DNA of 64,000 bases from the NCBI GenBank assembly GCA_963797625.1, contig CAWCQI010000016.1, forward strand, positions 15,128 to 79,127, given 5' to 3'. This document shows, piece after piece, positions 11,227-21,378 of the stretch. A model generated the notes under the pieces. It worked only from the letters and a program-made list of their open reading frames with translations, was not told the origin of the DNA and made no database searches. The number at the start of each line of letters is the position of its first letter. The stretch's first letter is position 1. The DNA is from an uncultured Acidobacteriota bacterium. GTDB taxonomy: Bacteria > Acidobacteriota > Vicinamibacteria > Vicinamibacterales > 2-12-FULL-66-21. Made by a program: the position numbers and the translations under genes.

Positions 11227-12456
11227 TCACGCCGGATGCAAACACCGAAGCACTGTCAGAATTGGGCTGAAAACTCGCGAAGAGGTCGCGCCGTACGCAG
11301 TTGCTGCAGCGTCGGCTGGCAGGGAAGTGGTGAGATTTGCGCGATCAAGAACAGGAGCCAGCACTGCGGCGCGGGCACGCGCCGCGCGGGCCGCCGCTTG
11401 ATCGCCGCGGAGCTCGAGCAGCCGCGCCAACGCTCGGTAGGCCCGCGCGTCTCCAGGATCTAGCGCAATGGCCTGACGAAACGCGGTCTCGGCTTCGGCG
11501 CGCGTTCCGTCCAGCTCGCTCAGCGCCAGGCCCAGCTCGACGTGCGCCTCCGCGGACGTCGGGCTGAGGGCCACCGCCTCGCGGCCCTGCGCGACCGCGC
11601 GTGCGAGATCGCCGCGAGCGCGCAGTGCTGCCGAAGAGTCGAGCAAAACGAGCATGCGCCCGAAGTCAGCCTTCTCGCCGTTGAGGCGCTGCACTTCGGC
11701 TTGCTGTTGCAACGCCGCGTCCTTCTGATCTCCTTGACGAGCGCCTGGGCCAGCGTCACGCGCGCTTCAGTGAGCGACGGATTGAGGCGGATCGCTTCGC
11801 GCAGCTCCGCGACGGCGGCGGCGGTGTCGCCCATCCTCAGCAGCACGGCGCCGAGCAGGTAACGGCCCTGCGGATCCTCAGGCATCTCGGTAGCGGCGCG
11901 CCGCAGCTCGGTCGCAGCAGCGGCCGTGTCGTCCTTCTGGCGCAAGACCAGGCCGAGCGAGCGCTGCGCGAGCGCGTGGTCGGGGTTCTTGGCGAGCGCT
12001 GCGCGGAACTGCGCGTCGGCAGCGTCGAGATCGCCGTGCAATCGGAGCGCGAGCCCGAGGGTGTACGGTATTCGGGATTGTCTGGGTCGAGCCGTGTGGC
12101 CCTTCGCAAATGATCGAGTGCCGTCGCGAAACGCTGCTGCTCGGCCAGCAGCTGGCCGAGCACGAAGTGGAACTGCGCTCGCTCGGGATTCCGCTCGACC
12201 GCCGGCGTGAGTGTGCTGATCGCCTCGTCCAGGTCGTCCTTCTGCCGCCGCGCGGTGGGACGCTGGTATCGATTCCAGAGCGTGACGGCGAGCTGATAAC
12301 GCCCCTCGGCGTCATTCGGATTCGACGCGACGAGCTCGCGCAGCCGGACGAGCGCGCCATCCAGATCGCCGGCGGCAGCGCAAGCGGCCGCGGCGTCGGC
12401 GCCGGAGGGCGGAAGGCGGCGGGCGGGGACGCAGACGTCACGCCGCTGTCACGCAC
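11227..12456 (-). pseudogene. TPR-repeat protein, disrupted by at least 3 frame breaks
   Basis: TPR-like segments (e.g. NPNDAEGRYQLAVTLW, ERAQFHFVLGQLLAEQQRFATALDHLRRATRLDPDNPEY, DAADAQFRAALAKNPDHALAQRSLGLVL, RAEAETAFRQAIALDPGDARAYRALARLLE) alternate between ORFs 11878..12456, 11837..12163, 11520..12041 and 11227..11712. Confidence 0.7.
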
Positions 12457-14023
12457 GCATCCGGAACATCATGCGCTTGAGGTTGGTGTCCGGATCGTCC
12501 CCGCGCTCTTGCGCGTTCAGTCGGCTGACGCGTTCGAGAAGCTCGTGGGCGCGATCCGTCTGCCCGCCGCGCCGATAGGCCTGCGCAAGGACGTAAGCCG
12601 GCGCTGCATTCTGCGGCTCGAGCGACACTGCCCGCTCGAGGTGGTCAATCGCCTCCGCGACGTCGCCGCGCTTGAGTAGCAGCTTACCCAGCTCCGACTG
12701 CGCTTGCGCCAGCGCCGGTTGTAACCGAACGGCCGTCTGGAACGCCTCGAGCGCCTCGCTACCCGCTGCCTCGTCGGGCGCCGCGCCTGATTGCAGCACG
12801 CGATTCAAGCGCATAGAAGAGCACTGCTTGGGGTTTGTCGGGTTGTCGCATCTGTCGCGTCCTCGTGCGAAGAGCGTCGACGGCTTGTTGCGTCTGTCCG
12901 CGCTGCATCGAGACGATCGCCAGCGCGACGTGCGGCGCTGGGTCGACAGGCGATACGCGACTGGCCCGCGAGAATTCGTTGGCCTGTTCGCTCGCCCTTT
13001 CATGGCGAGCACGACGCCGCGCTGAAGGTAGAGCATCGAGGCGTCGGGCCTGTGCTTCAGTCGATGTCGACAATCTCCAGCGCGAGGTCGTAGTTCTCGT
13101 GCTCGAGGCAGAGCATCGCCAGGTCGATGTAGTGTTCCGCGACCATCGGGTCGAGCTGCGTGGCTTCCGAAGCGCGTCGTAGGCCTCCTTGACGCGTGTG
13201 GTATTCGTGTACGCGCGCGCGACGAGACTGTAGAGCTGAGCGCGCTTCAGTCCCGCGCCAGGAGCTCGACCGCGACGAGATCGCGGCCTCACTGTCGCTT
13301 GCATCGATCAGCATGAGCGTCTGGTTGTACCGGCCACGTAGGCGTCGGCGTAGCTGTTCTGTCGCGCCTCGCTGAAAATCCGCGCCGCTTCTGACGTGCG
13401 CGCCGTATCGGCCGAGCGCCACTCCTGCGTCGAACGAGATCCTGGGCTCGTTGGGCGGGAGCCGATGAGGACTGCGACGGCGTCAGGCGTCCGCCGCTGC
13501 TCGAGCAGACAGGTGGCGTAGTGCAGCATGACGGGTGGCTGCTGCATGACCCGCGTGAGGCTCTTCTGTAGTGTGGCAGCGCCAATCGATAGTCTTTGCC
13601 CTGGAAAAGGATCTCGCCGACGTGCTGATGCGCGATTCATCGTCGGGCGACTGGCGCAGGACGGCCTCGAAGTGGCGAAGGGCCGCGTCCGTCCGGCTGC
13701 TCCGGAACTCGTTGACCGCTAGGTTCCTGAGAGCGGGCGCGAAGCGGGGATCGATCGCGAGCGCGGCGCGGAATCGGACGTTGGCGGCCTCGGGTTGCCC
13801 GCTCCGGTCAGCGCAATCCGAGCAGGTTGAGAGCCCTGAGATCACCCGGGTTACGAACGACCAGCCGCTCGAGCGTGGGGATGGCCGCGGCAAATCCTGG
13901 CGCTGGACCTGGGCAATCGCACAGTCGTACGGCGTCGACGCGCAATCAGCAGGCGACTGAAGTGTCGCGACGAGCGGGGACGTAGGGACACCAGAGCAGC
14001 GCTGCGAGCAAGGCGGTGCGCAT
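12449..14023 (-). pseudogene. Secreted TPR-repeat protein, disrupted by at least 6 frame breaks
   Basis: Signal-like start MRTALLAALLW at ATG 14023. TPR segments (NLLGIALTGAGQPEAANVRFRAALAIDPRFAPALRNLAV, AEHYIDLAMLCLEHENYDLALE, AFQTAVRLQPALAQAQSELGKLLLKRGDVAEAIDHLERAVSLEP) are spread over ORFs 13483..13893, 13308..13640, 13057..13422, 12759..13304 and 12449..13036. Confidence 0.65.
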
Positions 14024-14043
14024 CGACGAAGACGATACAGCGA

Positions 14044-14072
14044 CCAGCTGTCAGCTGTCAGCCCTCAGCTGG
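14044..14072. repeat. Heptamer array (GCTGTCA GCTGTCA GCCCTCA) at the 3' end of the TonB-dependent receptor ORF
   Basis: ccagctgtcagctgtcagccctcagctgg. On the - strand this gives three TGA codons at 7-nt spacing, and one of them (14058-14060) is the stop used by the receptor ORF. A weak partner arm, cagctgattgctgatcag, lies at 14121-14138. Confidence 0.7.
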
Positions 14073-17000
14073 ACTGCTAAGGTCCGGTCTACCCGGGCCA
14101 GAATCGAAATTCAGGACGGACAGCTGATTGCTGATCAGAAACGAGAATCGCGTCGCAAACTGGACGATGCGGCCGGGCTGAGCCGAAGTCGACCGGCCAA
14201 ACGTCGCATTGATCATGTTGTTGTCAGGGTTGTTCAGATTGAGCGTGTTGAAGAGATTGAACGTCTCGAGACGGAGCTGTAGATTGCCGTCCCCGCCGAT
14301 CACCCATGGTGTTCGGATCATCTTGGCCAACATCAGGTCGACGTTGAAATAGCGGGGGCGACGGAAGCTGTTGCGTCCGAGCGTACCCGGAAGGCCGGGG
14401 GTCGGGATTGGAAACTCCGATGCGGTGAAGATGCCGGTCAGGAAGTCATCATTCGTGAGGCCGCTCTTCGAGCTCCCGAACGCCGGCACGTTCGGGCGGT
14501 CGTTGCCCGTGAAATTGTCCGCGTTGAAATCGCAGCCGCTGTTGCCGATGATGTTGCCCGAGGCATCGCGGACGGCGATGAACCCGCGATTGATGCAGAC
14601 CACTGAGAACGGCGTGCCGGTTTGCCTGAGCAGCGTCGAGCGATCCGCCAGCCGCCTCCAAGCGCCCGCGCCAGGCCCGACGCCGGGCTCGGCAGTATCC
14701 AGTTGGCCGACATCACGAACTTCTGTCGCACGTCGAAGTCGGCCGGTCCTTTGTCCTGATCGGGCGGGCCGTAGGCATCGGGGCGCCCGGCCGCCGAAAA
14801 CGAGCTGGAATAGTCGGTCGCCTTGCCGAACGTATAGACGCCCCGACTTTGAGCCCCGTGCGATTGACCTTGATGGCCACCGTGCCGCCATGGAACGTAC
14901 TCTGGTCCGTGGACTCGGTGTAGTTGATGTTCGAAAAGCCCGCCAGGATGGGGTCGAATCGCCCGTCCAGCATGTCGCCGTTGAAGCGGTTGATGTCGAA
15001 TTTGCGGTAGGCGTTCTGGCCATGCGAGCCGAGGTAGTCGGCTTCGACGGTAATCTCCCGCCCGACGGCCCGCTGCACGCCCACGAACCAGTTGTCGAGA
15101 TACATGTTCTTGAAATCGGGATCGACGACGTGCACCAGGCCTCGACCGGTGATGAGGCCGCCAGCCTGATTGAGTCCGCCCGTCAAGCCCGTCGGACGTG
15201 GAAAATCGTACGGCATCGAGGTATTCCGGCGAAGGCCGAAGACTGGCCGCACCGTCGCATCGCTGGCCAGAGCGGTCGCGATTGCGAAGCCGGGGAGATT
15301 GAGATGTTCGGAGTCCCAGATCTGGTTCGACATGCGATCGTAGGAGCGACCGAGCCCGCCACGGACCGACATCCTGCCGTCGTTGGCGGGATCCCACGCG
15401 AAGCTCACGCGCGGCGCGAGCGTGTGCTGACCACCGTTCCACAAACCGTCCTCGAGATAGTAGTGCCGCTCGACGACCTGTGCGCCCTGCAGCCGGCGTG
15501 CGAAGGTCGCCCGCCGCTTGTCATCACGATGTTGTCCATGTCACCCGACGTGTCGTAGATGTTCAGGAATGCCTCGTAGCGCAGCCCGAAGTTCAGGCTG
15601 AGGTTTGATCGCACCTTCCAGTCGTCCTGGACGAACGTCGAGACCGACTGGGTGCGGTGGTAGCCGGGTCAGCACCGGCACGCCGCCGCCGGTGCGCGGG
15701 TTCGATCCTGACCTGCGCCTGTTGGCGCGGGTTGTCGTTGGCGAAGTCGAAGACGTTGTTGAAATCGTAGGTCGGGCGATTGTAGGTGCGCGACGAATCG
15801 TTGTCGGCGTGCTCGCGCGTGTACGCGCCGCCGATCTTCAGGTTGTGTGAGCCGCGGGTCCACGTCACCACGTCCCGCCACTCGAAGCTGTTCTGGACGA
15901 ACTCGTTCGGCCCGAAGCCCTGTTGGTATCCGGTCAAGCCGCCGATCGTGATGCCTGGCACTTCCGGATGCGGGTTGGTGAGCTCTGCCGCAGGGACGCA
16001 CCCACGAGAACGACGCCTCATTGAGCAGCGTCGGCGACAGAATCTTGGTGTAGTTCGTGTTGACGTGTGTGCTGCTCGTCGGCGATGGCGCGGTGAACGC
16101 CGGATACACGCTCGGCTCGCCGAAGCCGACTTTGTCCGTGGTCGTGCGGTTGACCGAACCGTAGAGCCGATCGCGCCCGCCGTTGAAGGTGTGATCGATT
16201 CGCGCCGACCACTGCAGACCGTTCGCGTGGAGACGATTCGTTCCAGGTGCCGACCCCGATCACTGGAAAGTCGCAGGGAATCGAACCGATCGGAGAAGTA
16301 ATCGGCGTCGAACCGGAGCAGGATGCGTTGAGGAGCTGCCCGGCCGTGCGCAGGTTGCGGTCCGGCGTGAAGGAGGCCGGAAACGAGTTGGCGACGAACG
16401 TCGACACGTTGTTCGGCCGGTTCTGCTGCATGAACCGCGCGAAGTGCGGGGGTGATGACCGTCGTATCCCGGCTGATCGCGACGTTGGAGCGGAGAACGT
16501 CACCCGAAGCGAAGAAGAACGTGCGGTTCTTACGAGCGGCCCGCCGACTCCCCAGGAGAACTCCTTGCGGCTGAAGTCCGGCGAGTCGTCGTCCGCTCGA
16601 ATTGGTTTTTGGCCTGGAGGTCGTTGTTCGTGTAGAAGAGCTGCCGGCGCCGTGCAGGTTGTTGGTTCCGCTCTTGGTGACGATGTTGACGAGCACTGAG
16701 CCGTTCCGGCCATACTCGGCCGAGAAGTTGTTGACCGAGACGCGAACTTCCTGGACGCTCTCCGTGTTCGGGTTGATGTTGACGACGCCGCTGCGCTGAC
16801 TCGAGCTGACCGTCGACGAGTCGATCAGGAAATTGTTGGACTCGGTGCGCGCGCCGTTCGCGTTCATGTTCACACCGAACTCGTTGCTGTAGAGGTCCGC
16901 GCTGGATTGCGCATAGGCCTGCGTGCCGCCCGTCGCCCGGCCGAGCACGCCCGGAGTGAGCACGACCAGACTGAAAAAGTTGCGGCCGACGAGAGGGAGG

Positions 17001-17443
17001 TCCTTGATTTGACTCTCCTCGATGAGTCCCGACACGCGGCCCTGCGAGGTTTCAATCAGCGCCGCGGTCGCCTGCACCGTCACCTCCTCGGCCGCCGCGC
17101 CGACGGCCATCTGAAGGTTGACGGTTCGTGTCTCGGCGACTTGCAGCTGGATCTGATCCTGGATGACGGTCCTGAATCCTTGCAGGGTGACGCGGACGGA
17201 ATAGAGACCGTTGCCGAGCGACGAGAACCGATAATATCCAGCCTCGTTCGTGGAGACGTTCTGCACCGCGCCGGTCTCCTTGTTGGTCAGCGTCACTGCG
17301 GCGGCCGGCACCACGCCCCCGCTCGAATCGCTGACGGTGCCTTCGATGGCGCTGGCAAATTGGGCGTCGGCGCGCGGGACGCCGACGAGGAGGATCGCCA
17401 GGAGGAGAGCAGCTCTGCCCGCACTTGGTCGTTGGGTCTTCAT
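14058..17443 (-). pseudogene. TonB-dependent outer-membrane receptor with N-terminal CarboxypepD_reg domain, heavily frame-disrupted (about 10 breaks)
   Basis: Signal peptide MKTQRPSAGRAALLLAILLVGVPRADAQ; CarboxypepD_reg domain (IEGTVSDSSGGVVPAAAVTLTN..YYRFSSLGNGLYSVRV); plug and barrel segments (GARTESNNFLIDS, HNLKIGGAYTREH, terminal GRIVQFATRFSF). These are spread over ORFs 15593..17488, 16018..16713, 15669..16109, 15405..15614, 14713..15444, 14438..15442 and 14058..15023. Confidence 0.8.
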
Positions 17444-17480
17444 TGTTGGAGATTCTCCGAGGGAAGGCGCGTGAGCCATG

Positions 17481-17494
17481 ACTGACATGTCAGT
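17481..17494. promoter_or_regulatory. Perfect 14-bp palindrome ACTGACATGTCAGT in the divergent receptor / CRTAC1 intergenic region
   Basis: Read directly from the sequence. A TTGACA hexamer lies on the - strand at 17530-17535, upstream of it relative to the receptor gene. Confidence 0.4.
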
Positions 17495-17579
17495 TGTCGA
17501 AGATGGTATATCGTATATGACCAGGAATTTGTCAAGCCCTTTCCGATCGGTCGTCGACAGTAACGGCGCAGCTTAACCT

Positions 17580-19439
17580 GTGATGAAACGGGGACTTCTC
17601 TCCAACTCGTCTCAACGGCGAGCCTGCCTTATCGGTGCGATTGCGATCGGTTCCTGGACCATGCCCGGGGCGGTATCGTTCCAGGGAATGGCCAGCCCGA
17701 CCCGTCCGGCGCGGCCCGTCGCTCGCGTCGAGACGGACCTTCCGACCATCACAGTTGCGTTTAAGCGACGTTGCCGAGTCGGCCGGCCTGAACGGCGTCG
17801 TCGTGTCGGGTAGCGAAGACCGCAAGAGGTACATCCTCGAGACGACGGGCAACGGGCGTGGCGATCTTCGACTTCGACAACGACGGCCGGCTCGACATCT
17901 TCATGCCGAACGGCACGACCTTCGATCGGCGGACGGGAGCGCTCGAGCGAGCCGCCGACCGGCCACCTCTACCGCAATCTCGGCGGACTGCGATTCGAAG
18001 ACGTCACCGAAGCGGGCCGGTCTCGGGCGGACCGGCTGGGGCCAGGGCGTCTGCGTCGGCGACTACGACAACGACGGCAATCGCGATCTGTTCGTGACCT
18101 ACTACGGCCAGAGCGTCCTGTACCGAACCGGGGCGACGGCACGTTCGCGGACGTGACGGAGGCGGCCGGGCTCCGAGTCGCCGACGGCCGCGCTGGGACA
18201 CCGGCTGCTCGTTCTTCGACTACGACCTCGACGGCCGCCTGGATCTCGTCGTCACGAGCTACCTCGAATTCGATCGCGCGAAGATCCCGGAGCCGGGCAG
18301 CGGGCGGCTACTGCCAGTGGAAAGGCATCCCGGTCATGTGCGGCCCGCGCGGTCTGCCGTTCGCGCGCAACCGGCTGTTTCACAACGACGGCAAGGGTCG
18401 GTTCACGGACGTGTCGGCGACCGAGCGGCGTCGGCGGGCACGAAGGGCTGCTACGGCTTCACCGTCGTCGCGTCGGACTTCGACGACGATCGGTTACCCC
18501 GACCTGTACGTCGCCTGCGACTCGACGCCGAGCCTGCTGTACCGCAACCAGGAAGGACGGCACGTTCGAGGAGGTCGGGCTGCTGTCGGGCGTCGCCCTG
18601 AACGAGGACGGCCAGGAGCAGGGCGGATGGGCGTGGCCGTCGCCGACTACGACGAGGACGGCCACATGCGACATCGTCAAGACCAACTTCAGCGACGACG
18701 TGCCGAACCTCTATCACAACAACGGCGACGGCACGTTCGAGGATCGCGTGTCTGCAGTCCGGGCTCGGCGGCTACATGCGAGTACGTCGGCTGGGGTGTG
18801 CACCTCGCTCGATGTCGATCACGATGGGCGACGGGACCTCCTGATGATCAACGGTCACGTCTACCCCGAGGTCGGATCAGACGCCGGAGATCCGGTACCG
18901 GCAGCCGCGCTTGCTCTACTGGAACGTCGGCGACGGCAGGTTCAAGGATCTCTCGGCGCAGGCAGGCGCGGGAATCTCGCGAGCCGCTGCTCGTCGCGCG
19001 GCTCCGCGGCCGGCGACCTCGACGACGACGGCTCGCTCGAGGTCGTGGTGAGCAACATGGGCGCGCGTCCGAGCCTGCTGAAGAACTACGGGACCGCGAC
19101 AAGCACTGGCTGCTCGTCGCGGCTGCGTGGGCGTCACGGCGAACCGGGATGCAATCGGCGCGCGCATCGTCGTGCACGACGGCAGGCCGGCGCGTGTCGG
19201 GCGAGGTCCAGAGCGGGTCCAGCTACATTTCGCAGAACGACGCTCGCCTGCATGTCGGCTTGTCGACCAACGAGTCCTACGAGCGCATCGAGGTCATTTG
19301 GCCCGGTGGGATGCGGGAGCTGTTCCCTGCGGGAAAAGCCGATCGGGTGGTCACGCTGACGCAGGGAACAGGATCGCGACCTCCCGGTGGATCCACGAAG
19401 ATCGGGCCCTCGCCCCCGCGGCCGGAATCGCGCCGGTGA
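17580..19439 (+). pseudogene. CRTAC1-family protein (FG-GAP/VCBS repeats plus ASPIC/UnbV C-terminal domain), heavily frame-disrupted
   Basis: FDFDNDGRLDIF, VGDYDNDGNRDLFVTYYG, VADYDEDGH, DVDHDGRRDLLMINGH and the C-terminal EVQSGSSYISQNDARLHVGL are distributed over ORFs 17580..17813, 17635..18156, 17858..18097, 18153..19439, 18317..18601 and 18700..19359. Confidence 0.75.
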
Positions 19440-19498
19440 CGAGTCGGGCTGACCAGCCTCCGCTGAAGCTGCGGCCCCAAAGAAACGAGGGAGAAGAC

Positions 19499-21260
19499 TT
19501 AGTTACCGGAAACGACTTTCAGTCGCGTGCCTGGCTTGATCCGGTTGGATGTCAGGCGGTTCAGGCTCTTGATGCTGGCAACCGTGGTGTCAAACAGCTG
19601 CGCTATCTGGTAGAGCGTGTCGCCGCGCTTCACTCGGTAGGTCGTCACGGCCTTCGCCGAACGATCGGCCACTCGAGCCACGGGCTGCGACGACGCTCGG
19701 GCCGGCTCCGCGACGTCGCGAATCGGCGCCGGCTCCGAGATCGCGCGCGACGCGACTTCTGAGGGCGCAGACGGGCGGCTGTTGGTCGCAAGTAACGACG
19801 CCGGCGCGCGCGGCACGACGAGCGTCTGACCGGCCCTGATCTTCGATCGTGTCGACAGTTGGTTGGCTTCCGCGAGGTCGACCCGACTGACCTTGAGCTT
19901 CCGTGAAATAGTGGCGATCGTCTCGCCTTTCTTCACGGTGTACCACGTCAGCGCCACGAGCTCGTTTGGCGAAGCCGCCGCCAGCCGCGTCTTGAAGAGG
20001 CTTGCCGTCCCCTCAGGCACCTTCAGCTCGTACTCGGCCTTGATCGGAGTGGTCCAGCGCCGGAGCTCCGGGTTGAGCGCCTGAATCTCGTCGATGCTCC
20101 TGCCCGTCCACTCGGCGGCTCGGCGCAGGTCGATGGCTCGCGGCACGAGCACTTTTTCGTAGGCGATCGGCTCCTCGGCGGTGATGTCGAAGCCGGTACT
20201 GCGACGGGTTTTTCGAGACGATGATGGCGGCGAGGATGAGGGGCACGTACTCTCGCGTCTCGCGCGGGAGATAGCGCGAGCTGCTCGACAGCGACCAGAA
20301 GTCATCCTGTCCCGAACGCTTCATCGCGCGCTGCACCCGGCCGAGGCCGCCGTTGTACGCGGCAAGCACCAGGTGCCAGTCGCCGTCGAACATGTTGTGC
20401 AGCACTTTCAAGTAGCGCGCGGCGGCCACGGTGGCCTTCTCCGGATCCGATCGTTCGTCGACGTACCAATCCGTCTTCAATCCCTGTTCGGTCGCGGTGG
20501 CCCTCATGAACTGCCACGGACCCTTCGCGCTGGCTTTCGAGAGCGCGTTGGTCTTGAAGCCGCTCTCGATCACGGGAATGTACGCCAGATCAAGCGGCAA
20601 TCCCTCCGTTCGAAACACCTCCTGAATCATCGGGAGGTATCGGGTTCCGCGCGTCAGGCTTTCCTGGATGTAGTCCCGCAGCCGGCCCTGGAAAAGTTCG
20701 ACGTACGCCAGCACGCGGTCGTTCTGTGGGATCGGCACGTCGTGCTCGGTCGTGGCAAGGTCCGCCTTGACCGCCTTTTCCGTCTCGGCCCCGGGCGCGG
20801 GCTTGGGAAAAGTCGCAATCTTCAGGAGCTCGTCGATCGATGCGGGTTCGGATCGCTTCTCGGAGAACCCGTCGCCCTGCGCGAGTGCCGTGACTTCGTA
20901 GGCGTTTATCCGATCGACCAGCCGGTCGAAGTGCTCGCGAAGACGGGCGTCGGTCCGCGCTCCGTACGGCGACTCGAGCAGCATTTCGATGGCGCGGTCG
21001 AATTCGACTCTCGCGCGATCGAGGTGGCCCAGTTTGAGCTCTCGTTCGCCCGCCAGAAACCGTTGTTGAGAGCCGTCAATCAGGACCGAAATCGGGTCCG
21101 GCGGCGGTGGCGGCGGTGGAACGGGATGAACTGGGGTGGCGGCGGGCGGCGGCGCCGGGACCTGGGGCTTCGGATTGCTCGATCCGCAGCCGGTGGTGAA
21201 GGTCGCGACAAAAACCAGCCCGGCGGCTGCCACCGTCGGCAGCCATGCACGATTGACCAT
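19499..21260 (-). CDS. MltD-like lytic transglycosylase lipoprotein with two LysM domains, one apparent 1-nt insertion near 20195
   Basis: Lipobox FTTGC and the SLT core (IESGFK, AKGPWQFM, AAYNGG) are in ORF 20013..21260. The LysM repeats (YTVKKGETIATISRKL, YRVKRGDTLYQIAQLF) are in ORF 19499..20305. The junction KNPSQY|GFDITAEEP is restored by deleting one base. Confidence 0.85.
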
Positions 21261-21378
21261 GCGTGGCGCTCTCCGGAAACCCTACGTCTTGCTGGGACTA
21301 GAAGGATACCATTGCCCAGCAGGACCGGTCAACCCTAACCCCAATCTGGTCAATAGGAAGCGCGAAAATACTAGGGAA

